This document shows positions 30,490 to 41,269 of a stretch of 64,000 nucleotides of DNA, piece after piece. The stretch comes from an uncultured cyanobacterium (GTDB lineage Bacteria > Cyanobacteriota > Cyanobacteriia > Cyanobacteriales > CAWUOF01). The stretch lies in NCBI GenBank assembly GCA_963744145.1, contig CAVUSO010000001.1:7040001-7104000 (forward strand), written 5' to 3'. Below the pieces are notes generated by a model, which saw only the letters and a list, made by a program, of their open reading frames with translations, had not been told where the DNA came from and did no database searches. Position numbers and translations under genes: made by a program. Positions within the stretch are counted from its first letter, which is position 1; each line of letters opens with the position of its first letter.

Positions 30490-31659
30490 TTAACCCTGAT
30501 CTAACTCTTCCTTCTCTCGCTTTACTTCAGGGTCAGTTTCTAAACTGGGATAAGTAGAAATATACCGCTTTCTCCCGAATAATTGCTGAAGCATTTCCCA
30601 CCCTTGAAATCGCAGCCATCCTACCAAACCATTAGGCAAAACCATCACCACAATTAAGAATAGCGCCCCCTGAAAAAATAACCATACTTCCGGGAATTGT
30701 TCACTCAAGAAACTTTTGCCAAAATTGACTAAAAGCGCCCCGATGATAGCTCCCACTAGACTAGCGCGACCTCCCACTGCCACCCAAATTACCATTTCAA
30801 TGGAAAAAGCAATATCCATCGCCTTCGGTGAAATAATTCCTGTTTGGACAGTGAATAAAGCACCAGCCATTCCTGCTAAAGCAGCAGAAATTCCAAAGAC
30901 TACAACCTTAATATCTGTCGGATCATAACCTGAGAAACGCACCCGCACCTCATCATCCCTAATTGCTATTAGCAATCGGCCAAAACGTCCGCTAGTTAGC
31001 CAACGGCAAAGAGCGTAAGCACCGGCTAAAAATAATATTGTTAGTGTGTAAAAAATAAACTGCGTTTCTGGTGAATTGACTGTTGCCCCAAATATAGTTT
31101 TAAAATCAGTCAAACCATTAGTGCCATTAATCAATTTTTGCTGACCATTAAAGAAGTTGAAAAATACAATTGTTGCCGCTTGGGTTAATATTGAAAAATA
31201 CACGCCGCGAATACGATTGCGAAATACCAAATAACCGAGAAATGCACCTAAAAGACCAGGGAGAATCACTACAGCTACTACGGAAAAAGGAAAAGAATAA
31301 AAAGGTTGCCAAAACCAAGGTAATTCAGTTACACCATAAAGATTCATAAATTCTGGCAATTGAACACTGGTATCTGGGGGAATTTGCAATTTCAAGTACA
31401 TGGCAAAAGCATAACCACCCAAAGCAAAAAATACGCCATGTCCCAAACTTAACAAACCAGTATAACCCCAGATTAAATCAATCCCAAGAGCCACAATTGC
31501 TAAAGCGAGAAATCGCCCTAACTGATTGAGCCTAACTGTAGGTAGTATTGCCGGAATAAGGAAGATTAAAACCAGTGCAATCACAGCTACAATTGCGGTT
31601 TCAATAAGTAACTTTCGCCTCCTCTGATTGCCAAAACTTCCCAATATTTTCTGTTCCAT
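30490..31659 (-). CDS. urtC: Urea ABC transporter permease
   Basis: DLIWGYTGLLSLGHG, RIRGVYFSILTQA, SIEMVIWVAVGGR. Confidence 0.93.
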   Translation of the reverse strand: MEQKILGSFGNQRRRKLLIETAIVAVIALVLIFLIPAILPTVRLNQLGRFLALAIVALGIDLIWGYTGLLSLGHGVFFALGGYAFAMYLKLQIPPDTSVQLPEFMNLYGVTELPWFWQPFYSFPFSVVAVVILPGLLGAFLGYLVFRNRIRGVYFSILTQAATIVFFNFFNGQQKLINGTNGLTDFKTIFGATVNSPETQFIFYTLTILFLAGAYALCRWLTSGRFGRLLIAIRDDEVRVRFSGYDPTDIKVVVFGISAALAGMAGALFTVQTGIISPKAMDIAFSIEMVIWVAVGGRASLVGAIIGALLVNFGKSFLSEQFPEVWLFFQGALFLIVVMVLPNGLVGWLRFQGWEMLQQLFGRKRYISTYPSLETDPEVKREKEELDQG

Positions 31660-31689
31660 TATTCTGCTCCAAAATTTTTCCTTCTTTCT

Positions 31690-32849
31690 TCACCCTTCCA
31701 CTGTGCGTCCTTTCTGCGGGAAAATCCCCCCTGGTTTGATCTGAAGAAAGGCAATAATTAAAGCAAATACCATTACCTTTGCCATGCTAGTTGTAGCAAA
31801 GAAAGTAAAGAAATCAGCTACAGGTTGAATCGGTGCAAATATTAAAGCTAATGTACCAGAACCAATCAAATAACTAATCGTACCAATAGCTATTGCTGCT
31901 ACAACACTCCCAACTATCTTTCCTACACCTCCTACAACTACAACCATAAAAGTATCAACTACATAATTTTGTCCCGTATTGGGTCCTACCGAACCGAGCA
32001 AACTAATCGCACAACCAGCAACTCCAGCTAACCCAGAACCTAAAGCAAAAGTCAGAGCATCTACTTGCTGAGTAGGGATTCCCAAACAAGCGCTCATACT
32101 GCGATTTTGGGTCACAGCTCGAATCCGAAGTCCCCAAACAGAACGCTGTAAAAATAGGTAAATTCCTCCTAAACAAATTACTGTCAAGATAATGATAAAA
32201 ACTCGCGCATAAGGTAACTGAAAATTACCTAAAGGCAATCCACCACGTAGCCATTCTGGTGCAGTCACATCCACATTTTGAGCGCCAAACCAAGGCTTAG
32301 TCACATCTAGTTGATAAGTTTGTGCTACAACTGCACAAACAGCTCCAGAAACTCCCAAAGATAGGGACAATATTACGGCTAAAACCCAATTGCGAACTCG
32401 CTCAAAATCAGGACGACGACGCAACAGCCACATCCCACCAAAAAATAGTAGACAAAATAGGGCTATTCCGATCACTAATACCCAACTGACACTCCGCACA
32501 AACTGTTGTAAAATTAGGCTTACCCCCCAAGTGGCTAGGAGAGTTTCTAAAGGTGCCCATAAAGATATCGAATTACTCCTCGTTCTAAAATTAATCCCAT
32601 GACTGCGGCAACTAAAAAAGCCAAGGGAAGCGCAAATAAAATATAAGCTTCAAAAGCAAATCCGCCCACACTTTTGAAGTAGTTTTGCACTACAAAAGTA
32701 GTGTAAGCTCCCAGCATCATTAATTCGCCATGAGCCATATTAATTACGCCCATCAGCCCGAAAATAATTGCTAAACCTAAAGCGGCAATTAGCAATACAG
32801 CACCAATGCTAATTCCGTTGAATATTCCATCTAAAATTTGTAGTACCAA
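31690..32849 (-). CDS. urtB: Urea ABC transporter permease, frameshift near 32553 (probable sequencing error)
   Basis: GVINMAHGELMM...IRYLYG in one frame; PLETLLATWG and the rest in another. Confidence 0.85.
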
Positions 32850-32964
32850 TACTTTACTCCTTTTGCCCACTACCTTGCTCGCGATCGCGGGTCAGATGCT
32901 CATAATCGCGGGCAAGATGCTCGCACTACAGATGCTTAGAATTGAGAGGGCAGTGTTAAAAATT

Positions 32965-34306
32965 CTAAGTTTGCTTAAACTTGCCGGGATCGGGTGCAGT
33001 CTTATTCGTCCAATCACAAGTGAAACCCTTGGTATCAGTAACAAACTGATTCCAAGGAACAGGTTTAACTGCTTCTGGAGTAGCAAAAACGATTTTAAAT
33101 AAACCGTCTTCTCTCACTTCACCCAATCGCACAAACTTCGCCAGGTGATGGTTATTTTCTAGGGTAACTTTACCCTCTGGAGCCTCAAAAGTTTGACCCA
33201 AAGCAGCGGCTCGTACTTTATCTAAATCATCTGCGGTCCCAGCTTTTTCTACCGCTTGTTTCCACAGGTAAACCATAATATAAGCTGCTTCCATCGGGTC
33301 ATTTGTAACTCGTTCTTTGCCGTATTTTGCCTTGAAAGCTTCAACAAACTTTTTATTAGCAGGACTATCAATTGTCATAAAATAATTCCAGGCTGCATAG
33401 TGGCCTTTCAGATATTCTACGCCAATTGCTTTAACTTCTTCCTCGGCGATACTAACAGACATTGATGGATACTTATCTGGTCCTAATCCTGCACCTTGCA
33501 ACTGTTTAAAGAAAGCTACGTTACTGTCACCATTCAGAGAATTAAAAATTACGCCACCTTCAGGTAAAGCTGCTTTAATTTTGGTGATGATCGGTGTAAC
33601 TTCAGTCCCTCCCAAGGGAATGTAATCTTCTCCAACCACTTCACCACCTTTAGCTGCTAATTGAGCTTTAATAATAGTATTAGCCGTCCGAGGGAAAACG
33701 TAGTCAGAACCGACTAAGAAAAACTTTTTGCCTTTATTTTCTAAGAGCCAATCAACCGCAGGTTCTATTTGTTGATTTGGGGCTGCACCCGTGTAAAAGA
33801 TGTTTTTAGAACATTCTTGACCTTCGTATTGTACGGGATACCAGAGCATATGATTTTTCTGCTCAAATACTGGCTTGACGGCTTTGCGACTAGCGGAAGT
33901 CCAGCAGCCAAAAACTGTGACAACTTTATCTTGATCAATTAATTTTTTGGCTTTCTCGGCAAAAGTAGAGTCAATCCGATGCACCGTCTTCGACGATCGC
34001 TTCAATTTGCTTACCCAGTACACCACCTGATTTATTTATTTCCTCAATGGCTAACTGTTCCGCATCCACAACGCTCTTTTCGCTAATTGCCATAGTGCTG
34101 CTCAAAGAGTGTAGAATCCCAACTTTAATAGTCTTTCCGCTGCTGGCTGCTGGCGAAGACGATGGAGCGGGAGATGCTGACGAGGTTGGAGAAGCACTAG
34201 GACTTACTGGTGGAGGTGCTGTTTTACAAGCTTTTAATAGTATACTGGTGGCTAAGGTCGCAGAACTGTATAAAAGAAATTGCCGCCGATCAAACCGCTT
34301 TGTCAT
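32965..34306 (-). CDS. urtA: Urea ABC transporter substrate-binding protein, frameshift near 33970 (probable sequencing error)
   Basis: Twin-Arg/lipoprotein leader, [21 protein letters not shown]|(WP)[25 protein letters not shown]. Confidence 0.9.
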
Positions 34307-34370
34307 GTCCTTTCTCTAAGTCCTAAATAGATGAGTTAGGTTATATTGCTGCCGATCACATTACGGTGTG

Positions 34371-34412
34371 ATATTAGGACCAGGTCTAGGATTTATTTGT
34401 GTATTTTAATAC
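34371..34412 (-). promoter_or_regulatory. NtcA-activated promoter of urtA
   Basis: Minus strand GTA-N8-CAC (34412-34399), exactly 22 nt, then TAATAT (34376-34371); canonical class II NtcA spacing. Confidence 0.8.
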
Positions 34413-34428
34413 AAAAATCAAATTTGAA

Positions 34429-36053
34429 CAAAAATGTTGAGCGCAGTCCCCACCTAAAATCTTTGATTTAGGTGGGGTTAGCGAAACCAACTAAACAAAG
34501 CGAAGCAACATTTTTATATTATTTTTAGATCAATCAATTAGTGATCATCAACAAATCATAGTTTTTTATGTTAGAATAATATCAGTCAAGGTCGAGGCTA
34601 AATATCATGAGTAAACGCAAAGCTAAAAAGAAAGGAAATCCACAAACTATAGTTAGAACTGATGTTTGGGATCTAGTTGCAAATCCTGAACAAAAACATC
34701 AGATGGCTTTAACTGTGGCAGAATACCGTAAATTCCTTAAACATGCCAGTTTTGCTAATAAATGCTCAATGGTTAAACCTAGTTGACTTAAGTGCTAAGA
34801 ATCAGGTTAATGTGGTGGAGAAAATGATTCATCAAACCGCAGATAATCCTAATCCCAAGCATCAATACTTTCAGAATGTCATTGCTAAATACCCATCTTT
34901 TCGGAAATTTCCCAGCTATTTAAGACGTGCCGCTATAGCAGATGCTCTAGGCATTGTGTCTAGTTTTTATACTAGATACCGAGAATGGCAATCGGGAATT
35001 AGGAAACATAGAAAAGCAAAACCGCCAAGATTAACGGCAATGTGTAATGCCTATCCAGCCTTATACAAAGGTGGACAAATTCGCTATGGTGCTAAGTATG
35101 ACAGTGTTGACTTAAAAGTTTGGAATGGGAAAGATTGGGTATGGATTGAATCAATTCAGGTGAAAAAACATGGTTTAAATCGTCATTTGATAGAAGGCAA
35201 TGAATTAAAATCGCCCACGTTGGTAATTAATCAAAAGACTTGTCAACTTTCAATGCCAGTTCAGGTTAAGAAAGTTGCCAAACAGGAATCTGATTTTGTT
35301 TGCAGTGTTGATATGGGCATTAATAATGCTGCTACAGCATCTATTGTTGGTAAAGATGGTACTGTAAAAGCTAGGAAATTTATTAATCCTGCTAGAGACA
35401 TAGACCGTCGCAACCAACGTAGGATGATGATTACTAAGAAGTCTAAGCAGACTCGAAGTATTACAAAGTCAGATTTAGCAAAGGGGTTCTGTAAAGGACT
35501 TTACCGCAAATCTGCTAACATTAATTTAGAAATATCCCGTCAGGTAATGCGTGGTATTATTAAGTTTGCCCAAGCTAATGATGTCAAGGTTATTGTATTT
35601 GAGAACTTGGCGGGATGGAAAGCTAAAGCTGGTCGTAAAGGTTCCTTACAGAAACAAAAATTCCACCTTTGGTGTCATCGAAAAGTAGTAGAGTTGACTC
35701 AGCAAAGATGGGAAGAATTAGGTGGAAAAGTTGTATTTATTAACCCCAAATATACCAGTGCCTATGCTTTTGATAGTAGTGGCAAAGTAAAAAGAAGCCA
35801 AAATAATTATTCCCTTTGTCGCTTCACTACTGGGAAACAATATAACGCGGATCTTAACGCTAGCTACAATATTGGCGCTAGGTATTGGTATGCGTTAATT
35901 GTGGGTGATAAACATTTTTCCAGAGTGTTCATTGGCAAAAGTTCCAAGAACACACTGAGGACGCCAGTAACTCTGGAAACGTTGAGAAATCTAGAGGTTT
36001 CTTAGCGCAAGAATCCCCACCTAAAATCTTTGATTTAGGTGGGGTGCGTTCAA
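34429..36053 (+). mobile_element. tnpA-less IS200/IS605-family element
   Basis: Identical 30-nt hairpin CCCCACCTAAAATCTTTGATTTAGGTGGGG at 34448-34477 and 36015-36044; right end finishes TTCAA; left boundary inferred after TTGAA. Confidence 0.8.
34607..36005 (+). CDS. tnpB: RNA-guided endonuclease TnpB, +1 frameshift near 34742
   Basis: MSKRKAKKKGNPQTIVRTDVW... from 34607, then SVDMGINN, VFENL, NPKYTS, NADLNASYNI in the next frame. Confidence 0.85.
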
Positions 36054-36161
36054 AGATTAGGGACTTGCCAAAAAAATCAAGTACCAGTCGCCTGGTCTGC
36101 ATGGTTGTTATGTCAATATTTACCAAGGATAAAGATTGCCCCTAATTAAACCCAGAGAGTT

Positions 36162-36188
36162 GAGAGACGTTCCGGTGGAACGTCTCTC
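36162..36188. repeat. REP-like palindrome / possible terminator after cruF
   Basis: GAGAGACGTTCC-GGT-GGAACGTCTCTC, 12-bp stem. Confidence 0.7.
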
Positions 36189-36194
36189 TAAGTC

Positions 36195-37136
36195 TTACTT
36201 CGCTAACATTTCTACAGAGACCGAGGAAATTTCGGTGTTCAAATTAGCTCCTCGATCGCTATCGATCGGGTCAACATCTTTGGTCTCGGAAATTGATGGT
36301 GTGATCCACCAAAGAATTAAAGCCGGAACAACACCCAAAAATATACTCATTAAGGTAGGAATCCAGAAACTAGAATCTAAAGCGACAATGGTAATGATTG
36401 CTCCAAAGCCAAAGTTAACTAAATAAATTCCTACTGGTAATCCTAATTGTCCACGGGTCAATCGCAGATCGGTTTTTTGCCACAATAAGGTAGCTACACT
36501 CATAAACAAGATCGCTGTACCCATCCATCCTGTAATGTTTCGGTAGGGCATCCCAAAGAAAGATCCGGGCTGTTGAAATTCCCAAAAGGGAAAAGCTGTC
36601 TGACTCATGGCTGGATCAAGCACAAAGTCCCAAGCGGTTAGTAATATGGCCCCTAACGCGATCGCTGTAATTTGACGTGACCACCCAGGCATTTTGGTCG
36701 TTTCTAACCCAGTTCGAGCTAGTAAGTAAGAGACTAACCCCATATAAAACCAAGAGAGGGGAATCGTAAATGGGACCAATCCAGCAACTTTATAACCCAA
36801 TCCACTCAGATATTGGTATGCACCAAACGGAAACCCAGTGCTAGTTCCCAATAATTCACTCATCAAGGATAGCGTCACCGATGGGAGCAGAAACGATAGC
36901 CATAACCTTAGTCCCAAAACCCGATAAGCATAAATACTTACAGCGATCGCGCCTAAGATAATATAGACTACCCCACCACCAGCCATACTCCACTGGAATA
37001 TGTATTGTCCGATGGTTGATAAGTTAATAATAAATTCTGGATTAGGTAAGACGAACAGTAACCCAACCAACCCAAACACCATTGACAAAATATGAGCAAT
37101 GAGAGATAAGCGTTCGGCCATAACAACTTGTTTCAT
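36195..37136 (-). CDS. cruF: Gamma-carotene 1'-hydroxylase (carotenoid biosynthesis membrane protein)
   Basis: SELLGTSTGFPFG.Y.YLSGLG, VPFTIPLSWFY, AWDFVLDPAM, FFGMPYRN. Confidence 0.88.
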   Translation of the reverse strand: MKQVVMAERLSLIAHILSMVFGLVGLLFVLPNPEFIINLSTIGQYIFQWSMAGGGVVYIILGAIAVSIYAYRVLGLRLWLSFLLPSVTLSLMSELLGTSTGFPFGAYQYLSGLGYKVAGLVPFTIPLSWFYMGLVSYLLARTGLETTKMPGWSRQITAIALGAILLTAWDFVLDPAMSQTAFPFWEFQQPGSFFGMPYRNITGWMGTAILFMSVATLLWQKTDLRLTRGQLGLPVGIYLVNFGFGAIITIVALDSSFWIPTLMSIFLGVVPALILWWITPSISETKDVDPIDSDRGANLNTEISSVSVEMLAK

Positions 37137-37183
37137 GGAACTCCGTTAAAAAATATGAACCAGAGAATACACATACTTAAAAG

Positions 37184-37201
37184 TTTACAAATGTTTAAGA
37201 A
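37184..37201 (+). promoter_or_regulatory. Possible HLR1 (RpaB) site upstream of cruF
   Basis: TTTACAAA-TG-TTTAAGAA resembles the (G/T)TTACA(T/A)(T/A)-N2 direct repeat; AT-rich context weakens it. Confidence 0.4.
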
Positions 37202-37363
37202 AATTTAGTTAATTAATTTAGCATTTATTTAAATTTGTTACAAATTATGGTCTATTGAGGCGATGCGATGGTTAAATGTCCCACCTTCTGTGCTATTAAC
37301 CGGGTGATCTAGACGAGTTAAAATCAGCGCGAAATCGATTCCGGGAAATGAAAGTAAGCGATA

Positions 37364-38596
37364 ATGATTGAAAAATTTGTCTTTCCTCTACCCCCAACTC
37401 TGAATGAAATTATTGGCACAGCTCGCAGTAATATTTATGCGAGTGCCAAAGAAAAACGCAATTGGACTGCGACGATCGCGGTGGGATGTTTGGGTAAACA
37501 GCAATTTCCGGGTCAAGTGTGGATTGAATTTGTCTGGAAAATTAAGAATTTTCGTCGTGACCCGGATAATATTGCAGCTGCGGCTAAGTTTGTGATGGAT
37601 GGTTTGGTCGAAGGTGGGATTATTAAGGATGATAGTTTGAAGTTTATTATGTCTCCTGTGCTGCATTGGTATAAAAAAGGTAAGGATTTAGTAGAAATTA
37701 GAGTCGCTGATCATCCAATTTGGAATGGACAACCTTTAAATTTAGAAGCAATTCAAGCTCAAGACCAGGTTCCATTTGCAGCTATTTCTAATGAAAAATC
37801 GGTTGAGGTTGATTTACCTACCATTATTCCTGTTACGAAAATGTCTGAATCTGATCTATCTAGTTTAAATCCTGTTGCTGAGGTTCCAGAAATAGCTGAA
37901 TTATCAACAACTTCTGAAATCGAAATTGATGAATCGGAAATATCAGTTATTACTCCTGTTGTGGTGGAGATATTGGCGGAAAAACCACCAGTCAAACCTG
38001 TTCAGAAAATGATTGATATTGATGTAGATGTTTTAGAAAATGTTATTCTTGAAAAAGATGAGGAGAAAATACCATCAGTAAATCCGGTAACAGAAGTAAT
38101 TGATGTTGAGCCTAACTTGACTGATGTCGAAGTAGAAACAACTGAAGAGTTATCACCAGTAAACCCGGTGACAGAAGTCACTGATGTTGAGCTTAACTTG
38201 ACTAATATCGAAGCAGAAAAAACTGAAGAGTTAACCTCAGTTAGATCGGTGACAGAAGTAATTGATCTGATAGTATCAATTTTAACAGATCATGAAGAAA
38301 GCGGAGATGAAGCTAGTAAATCTTTACCTGCAATTGTCGAAGAACCTGAGTTAAATATATTTACATTATTTAGATTAAAAGAAATTGCTAATTCCATTAA
38401 TGAACAACATGAAAAATGTAAATCTTCACCACAAACAGGATTACTTCATGGTAGAAATGCTGGAGAATGGCTCTTAAAAGCCAAAAAATTAGTGAGCGAT
38501 GCAAATTGGTCTGATTGGTTGAAGAAAAATTGCCAGATGTCAGAAAAAATGGCAGAAACTTATATGGCGATCGCTAAAAATTGGTTAAGCTTCTAA
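37364..38596 (+). CDS. RusA-like Holliday-junction resolvase domain + acidic linker + DUF3102-like C-terminal domain
   Basis: PLPPTLNE, RRDPDNI, KFVMDGL...IIKDDS; C-terminal AGEWLLKAKK...WSDWLKKN...AETYMAIA. Confidence 0.7.
   Translation: MIEKFVFPLPPTLNEIIGTARSNIYASAKEKRNWTATIAVGCLGKQQFPGQVWIEFVWKIKNFRRDPDNIAAAAKFVMDGLVEGGIIKDDSLKFIMSPVLHWYKKGKDLVEIRVADHPIWNGQPLNLEAIQAQDQVPFAAISNEKSVEVDLPTIIPVTKMSESDLSSLNPVAEVPEIAELSTTSEIEIDESEISVITPVVVEILAEKPPVKPVQKMIDIDVDVLENVILEKDEEKIPSVNPVTEVIDVEPNLTDVEVETTEELSPVNPVTEVTDVELNLTNIEAEKTEELTSVRSVTEVIDLIVSILTDHEESGDEASKSLPAIVEEPELNIFTLFRLKEIANSINEQHEKCKSSPQTGLLHGRNAGEWLLKAKKLVSDANWSDWLKKNCQMSEKMAETYMAIAKNWLSF
38078..38266 (+). repeat. 81-bp (27-aa) tandem repeat, about 2.3 copies
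   Basis: VNPVTEVxDVExNLTxxExExTEEL units starting 38078, 38159, 38240. Confidence 0.8.
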
Positions 38597-38609
38597 GCAA
38601 TTTGAATAG

Positions 38610-41252
38610 TTATAACCAATTTCCCACTAAGACATAAGGAGCCCAATAAATCGGATGTTCGTATTCAGGATTTTTCAATAAAGAGATTTGAGCGCGACGG
38701 AGTGCTTCTGCTTTGGTTACCTTAGCATCAGATAACTGTTTATAAAATTCAGCCATCAGAGGTACGGTTGCACCATCATCAATATACCAAAGACTGGCTA
38801 AGGTACTGCGAGCTCCTGCACGTAAAGCAACTCCTGCAAGTCCTAAAGCAGCTCGATTATCTCCAGCAGCAGTTTGACAAGCACTTAAAACTAGCAATTC
38901 AATTGCTTTGGCTTTATTACCCTCACTACTACGTAATAAGGTATTTAATTCAGTCACATTGATCCGGTGATCCCAGGTTAAAATAAAAGTATCTTCAGCA
39001 TTAGAGCTAAATTGTCCATGAGTTGCTAAATGAATGATCGGAAAAGGTGAAGAGCCGATTTCTTTTTGCAAAGCAGCACTGGTAAATTGCTGATTTAAAA
39101 ATAGTTCTGTCGGTAATTGCAACTTAATTTTTTCTAATTCCTTAGCCACATTTGGTAACGCAGGAAACCCTTGATTTGCTTTAGTTAAACCAGCAGTTAG
39201 GACTTTTAACTGTCCTCTTAATAAAGGTTTGGGATCAATCAATTGTAACCCAGAAGTAATCGCAATACTGTATTTTTCAATTAAATATTGCTTCCCATCG
39301 TAAAGCGCCCCCATGGGCACATTCCGAAAGAACCCATCAGGAACAAATGCTAAAGTTTTTACCCCACTGGTGGCTAATTGGGTTTCAATTGGACGGATTA
39401 ACCAATTATAGATTTTTTGGGAGGTTTTGAAAAAATCTCGACTAGAACGAGTTACTAACTGTTGACGAAAATTACTAAGAACATCTTCAACTTCTGCACG
39501 GGATAAATAAGTCTGGTAATGTCGCAAAGGTTGATTAGGAAGAGAGACAACTACTTCTAAGCGATCGCTTAAAATAATTGGATAAATAATTGCTGCACTT
39601 GAATCAATTTGGTCAATTTGCTCAGATTTAGCTACTAAACAAGCTTCGCGAAAAAAGTTATCTAATTCTGCTAGTTGGAGAGATTCGATGACTTGACGAG
39701 CTTTATTTAGATTAACTTGACTGGAATTAGAATTTTTCTGATTTTGCTTTTGATTACTAATTTCTGAATTTGCCAATAGCAATGCAACTAACTCCCGGTA
39801 AACAGGTTCTACTGTTTCTCGAAATGAAAATTGCAGGTCGGTATTAATCGATACCAAATCACTCCGAATCGACTTTAAGGTACTCACAGATTCTGTATAA
39901 GCTGCGATCGCAGCTTCATTTTTTCCTCTAGCTTTCAAAATCCGCCCCAGTTGCCATTGCCATCGATAAGCAATATCAGGAGCATTAATCGCTTGAGCGA
40001 TTACTAAAGCTTGTTGAGTAACTTCCTGTGCTTCTGCCCATTGCTGAGTATATTCGTATAATTTGCCTAGTTCTCCTAGTCCATAGGATTGCCCTCTTTG
40101 ATCTCCTAATGTTTGCGCTTCTTTAATTGCTTTAGCTAGTAGCTGACCGATTTCTGGATAGCTACTAATTCCAGAAATTTGATTTTGGTTGTTGTCTTTG
40201 TGGTAAATCCTAAATAGACTATCAGCAAAATTAATTCGGGCATAAATGCTATTATGTGATGTCGGTAAATCTGTTAATAATGGGGATATTTCTGATGAAA
40301 TATTTGCCGCTTCTTCCCATTGTTGATGCTCAATAAATATCTCGAAAATATTCAGCAATGCTTCCACTCTGGTACTAGATACCTGGGATGTGCTGGCACT
40401 TTCTTGATAAAATTTTAAAGCTGCTTGATCATCTTTTTGAAATTGAACTGTATTGCCTAAATCTAGCAAAACTTGGGCGATATTCTCTGGTGATTGTAAG
40501 CGTTTAGCTAGCTCTAAACTAGCTAGAAAAACAGCTCGAGAATCATTCAAATTCCCAACTACGCGCATCGAAGTACCTAGACTGCGTAAACCAGCTAATT
40601 TTAATAATGAATCCGGTTGTTGCTCTAGAATTGGGCGTAAAGCTTGCATATTCTTCAATGATCGTCGATATAATCCTAATTCTTGTAATGCTAAACTTTG
40701 GTTTATTTGACTGCGAATAATGCCATCATTATTACCAGCTTGCTCGTAAGCTTGTTGGGCTAATTGCCAAGTATCTAGTGCTGCTTGGGGTTTACCGATC
40801 GCTAGCTCTAGACTTCCTTTACTATTTAAAATTTGAGCAAAAATTTGACCCCGTTCTTGACCTTTTACTTTGTCGATCAGTTGTAAACTTTGAGTAATTG
40901 CGTCCGTAGCTTGACTCCATTGTCCCAATCCTTGCCAACCCATGGAAATATTGCTCAATACCATTGCTTGGTTGACTACATCTCCTTGGGTTTGATAAGT
41001 TTGAACTGCTGCTTGCCAAACTTTGATTGCTTCTGCATATGCTCCACTTTGGTATAAATCTCTACCTTTTTGGATTAAGGATTGAGGTTGATCGGTCGAA
41101 ATCGCGCTTTGATTTAAGGCTATATTATTAAGTGCTATTTTCCCTATATTTGGGAAATTAACCAAGGCGATCGCTTTGGCTTGGGTCAATATATTAACCC
41201 CCAAAACTAAAGAAATCAACCAGATTTTTGCGGCGATTGTTTTGGCTAACAT
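38610..41252 (-). CDS. TPR-repeat CHAT domain protein
   Basis: Signal-like N-terminus, TPR helices, YRWQWQLG, IHLATHGQF, LSACQTA, HPIYWAPYVLVGNWL. Confidence 0.92.
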   Translation of the reverse strand: MLAKTIAAKIWLISLVLGVNILTQAKAIALVNFPNIGKIALNNIALNQSAISTDQPQSLIQKGRDLYQSGAYAEAIKVWQAAVQTYQTQGDVVNQAMVLSNISMGWQGLGQWSQATDAITQSLQLIDKVKGQERGQIFAQILNSKGSLELAIGKPQAALDTWQLAQQAYEQAGNNDGIIRSQINQSLALQELGLYRRSLKNMQALRPILEQQPDSLLKLAGLRSLGTSMRVVGNLNDSRAVFLASLELAKRLQSPENIAQVLLDLGNTVQFQKDDQAALKFYQESASTSQVSSTRVEALLNIFEIFIEHQQWEEAANISSEISPLLTDLPTSHNSIYARINFADSLFRIYHKDNNQNQISGISSYPEIGQLLAKAIKEAQTLGDQRGQSYGLGELGKLYEYTQQWAEAQEVTQQALVIAQAINAPDIAYRWQWQLGRILKARGKNEAAIAAYTESVSTLKSIRSDLVSINTDLQFSFRETVEPVYRELVALLLANSEISNQKQNQKNSNSSQVNLNKARQVIESLQLAELDNFFREACLVAKSEQIDQIDSSAAIIYPIILSDRLEVVVSLPNQPLRHYQTYLSRAEVEDVLSNFRQQLVTRSSRDFFKTSQKIYNWLIRPIETQLATSGVKTLAFVPDGFFRNVPMGALYDGKQYLIEKYSIAITSGLQLIDPKPLLRGQLKVLTAGLTKANQGFPALPNVAKELEKIKLQLPTELFLNQQFTSAALQKEIGSSPFPIIHLATHGQFSSNAEDTFILTWDHRINVTELNTLLRSSEGNKAKAIELLVLSACQTAAGDNRAALGLAGVALRAGARSTLASLWYIDDGATVPLMAEFYKQLSDAKVTKAEALRRAQISLLKNPEYEHPIYWAPYVLVGNWL

Positions 41253-41269
41253 TGTTGTTCAAATCCTCT

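Noticed and set aside
32540..33975. Programmed frameshifting or TGA recoding in urtA/urtB (and GH116)
   Set aside because: No slippery sequences; the reading frame changes rather than reading through a stop; assembly error is simpler
37364..38596. Prophage around the RusA-like gene
   Set aside because: No structural, terminase or integrase genes nearby
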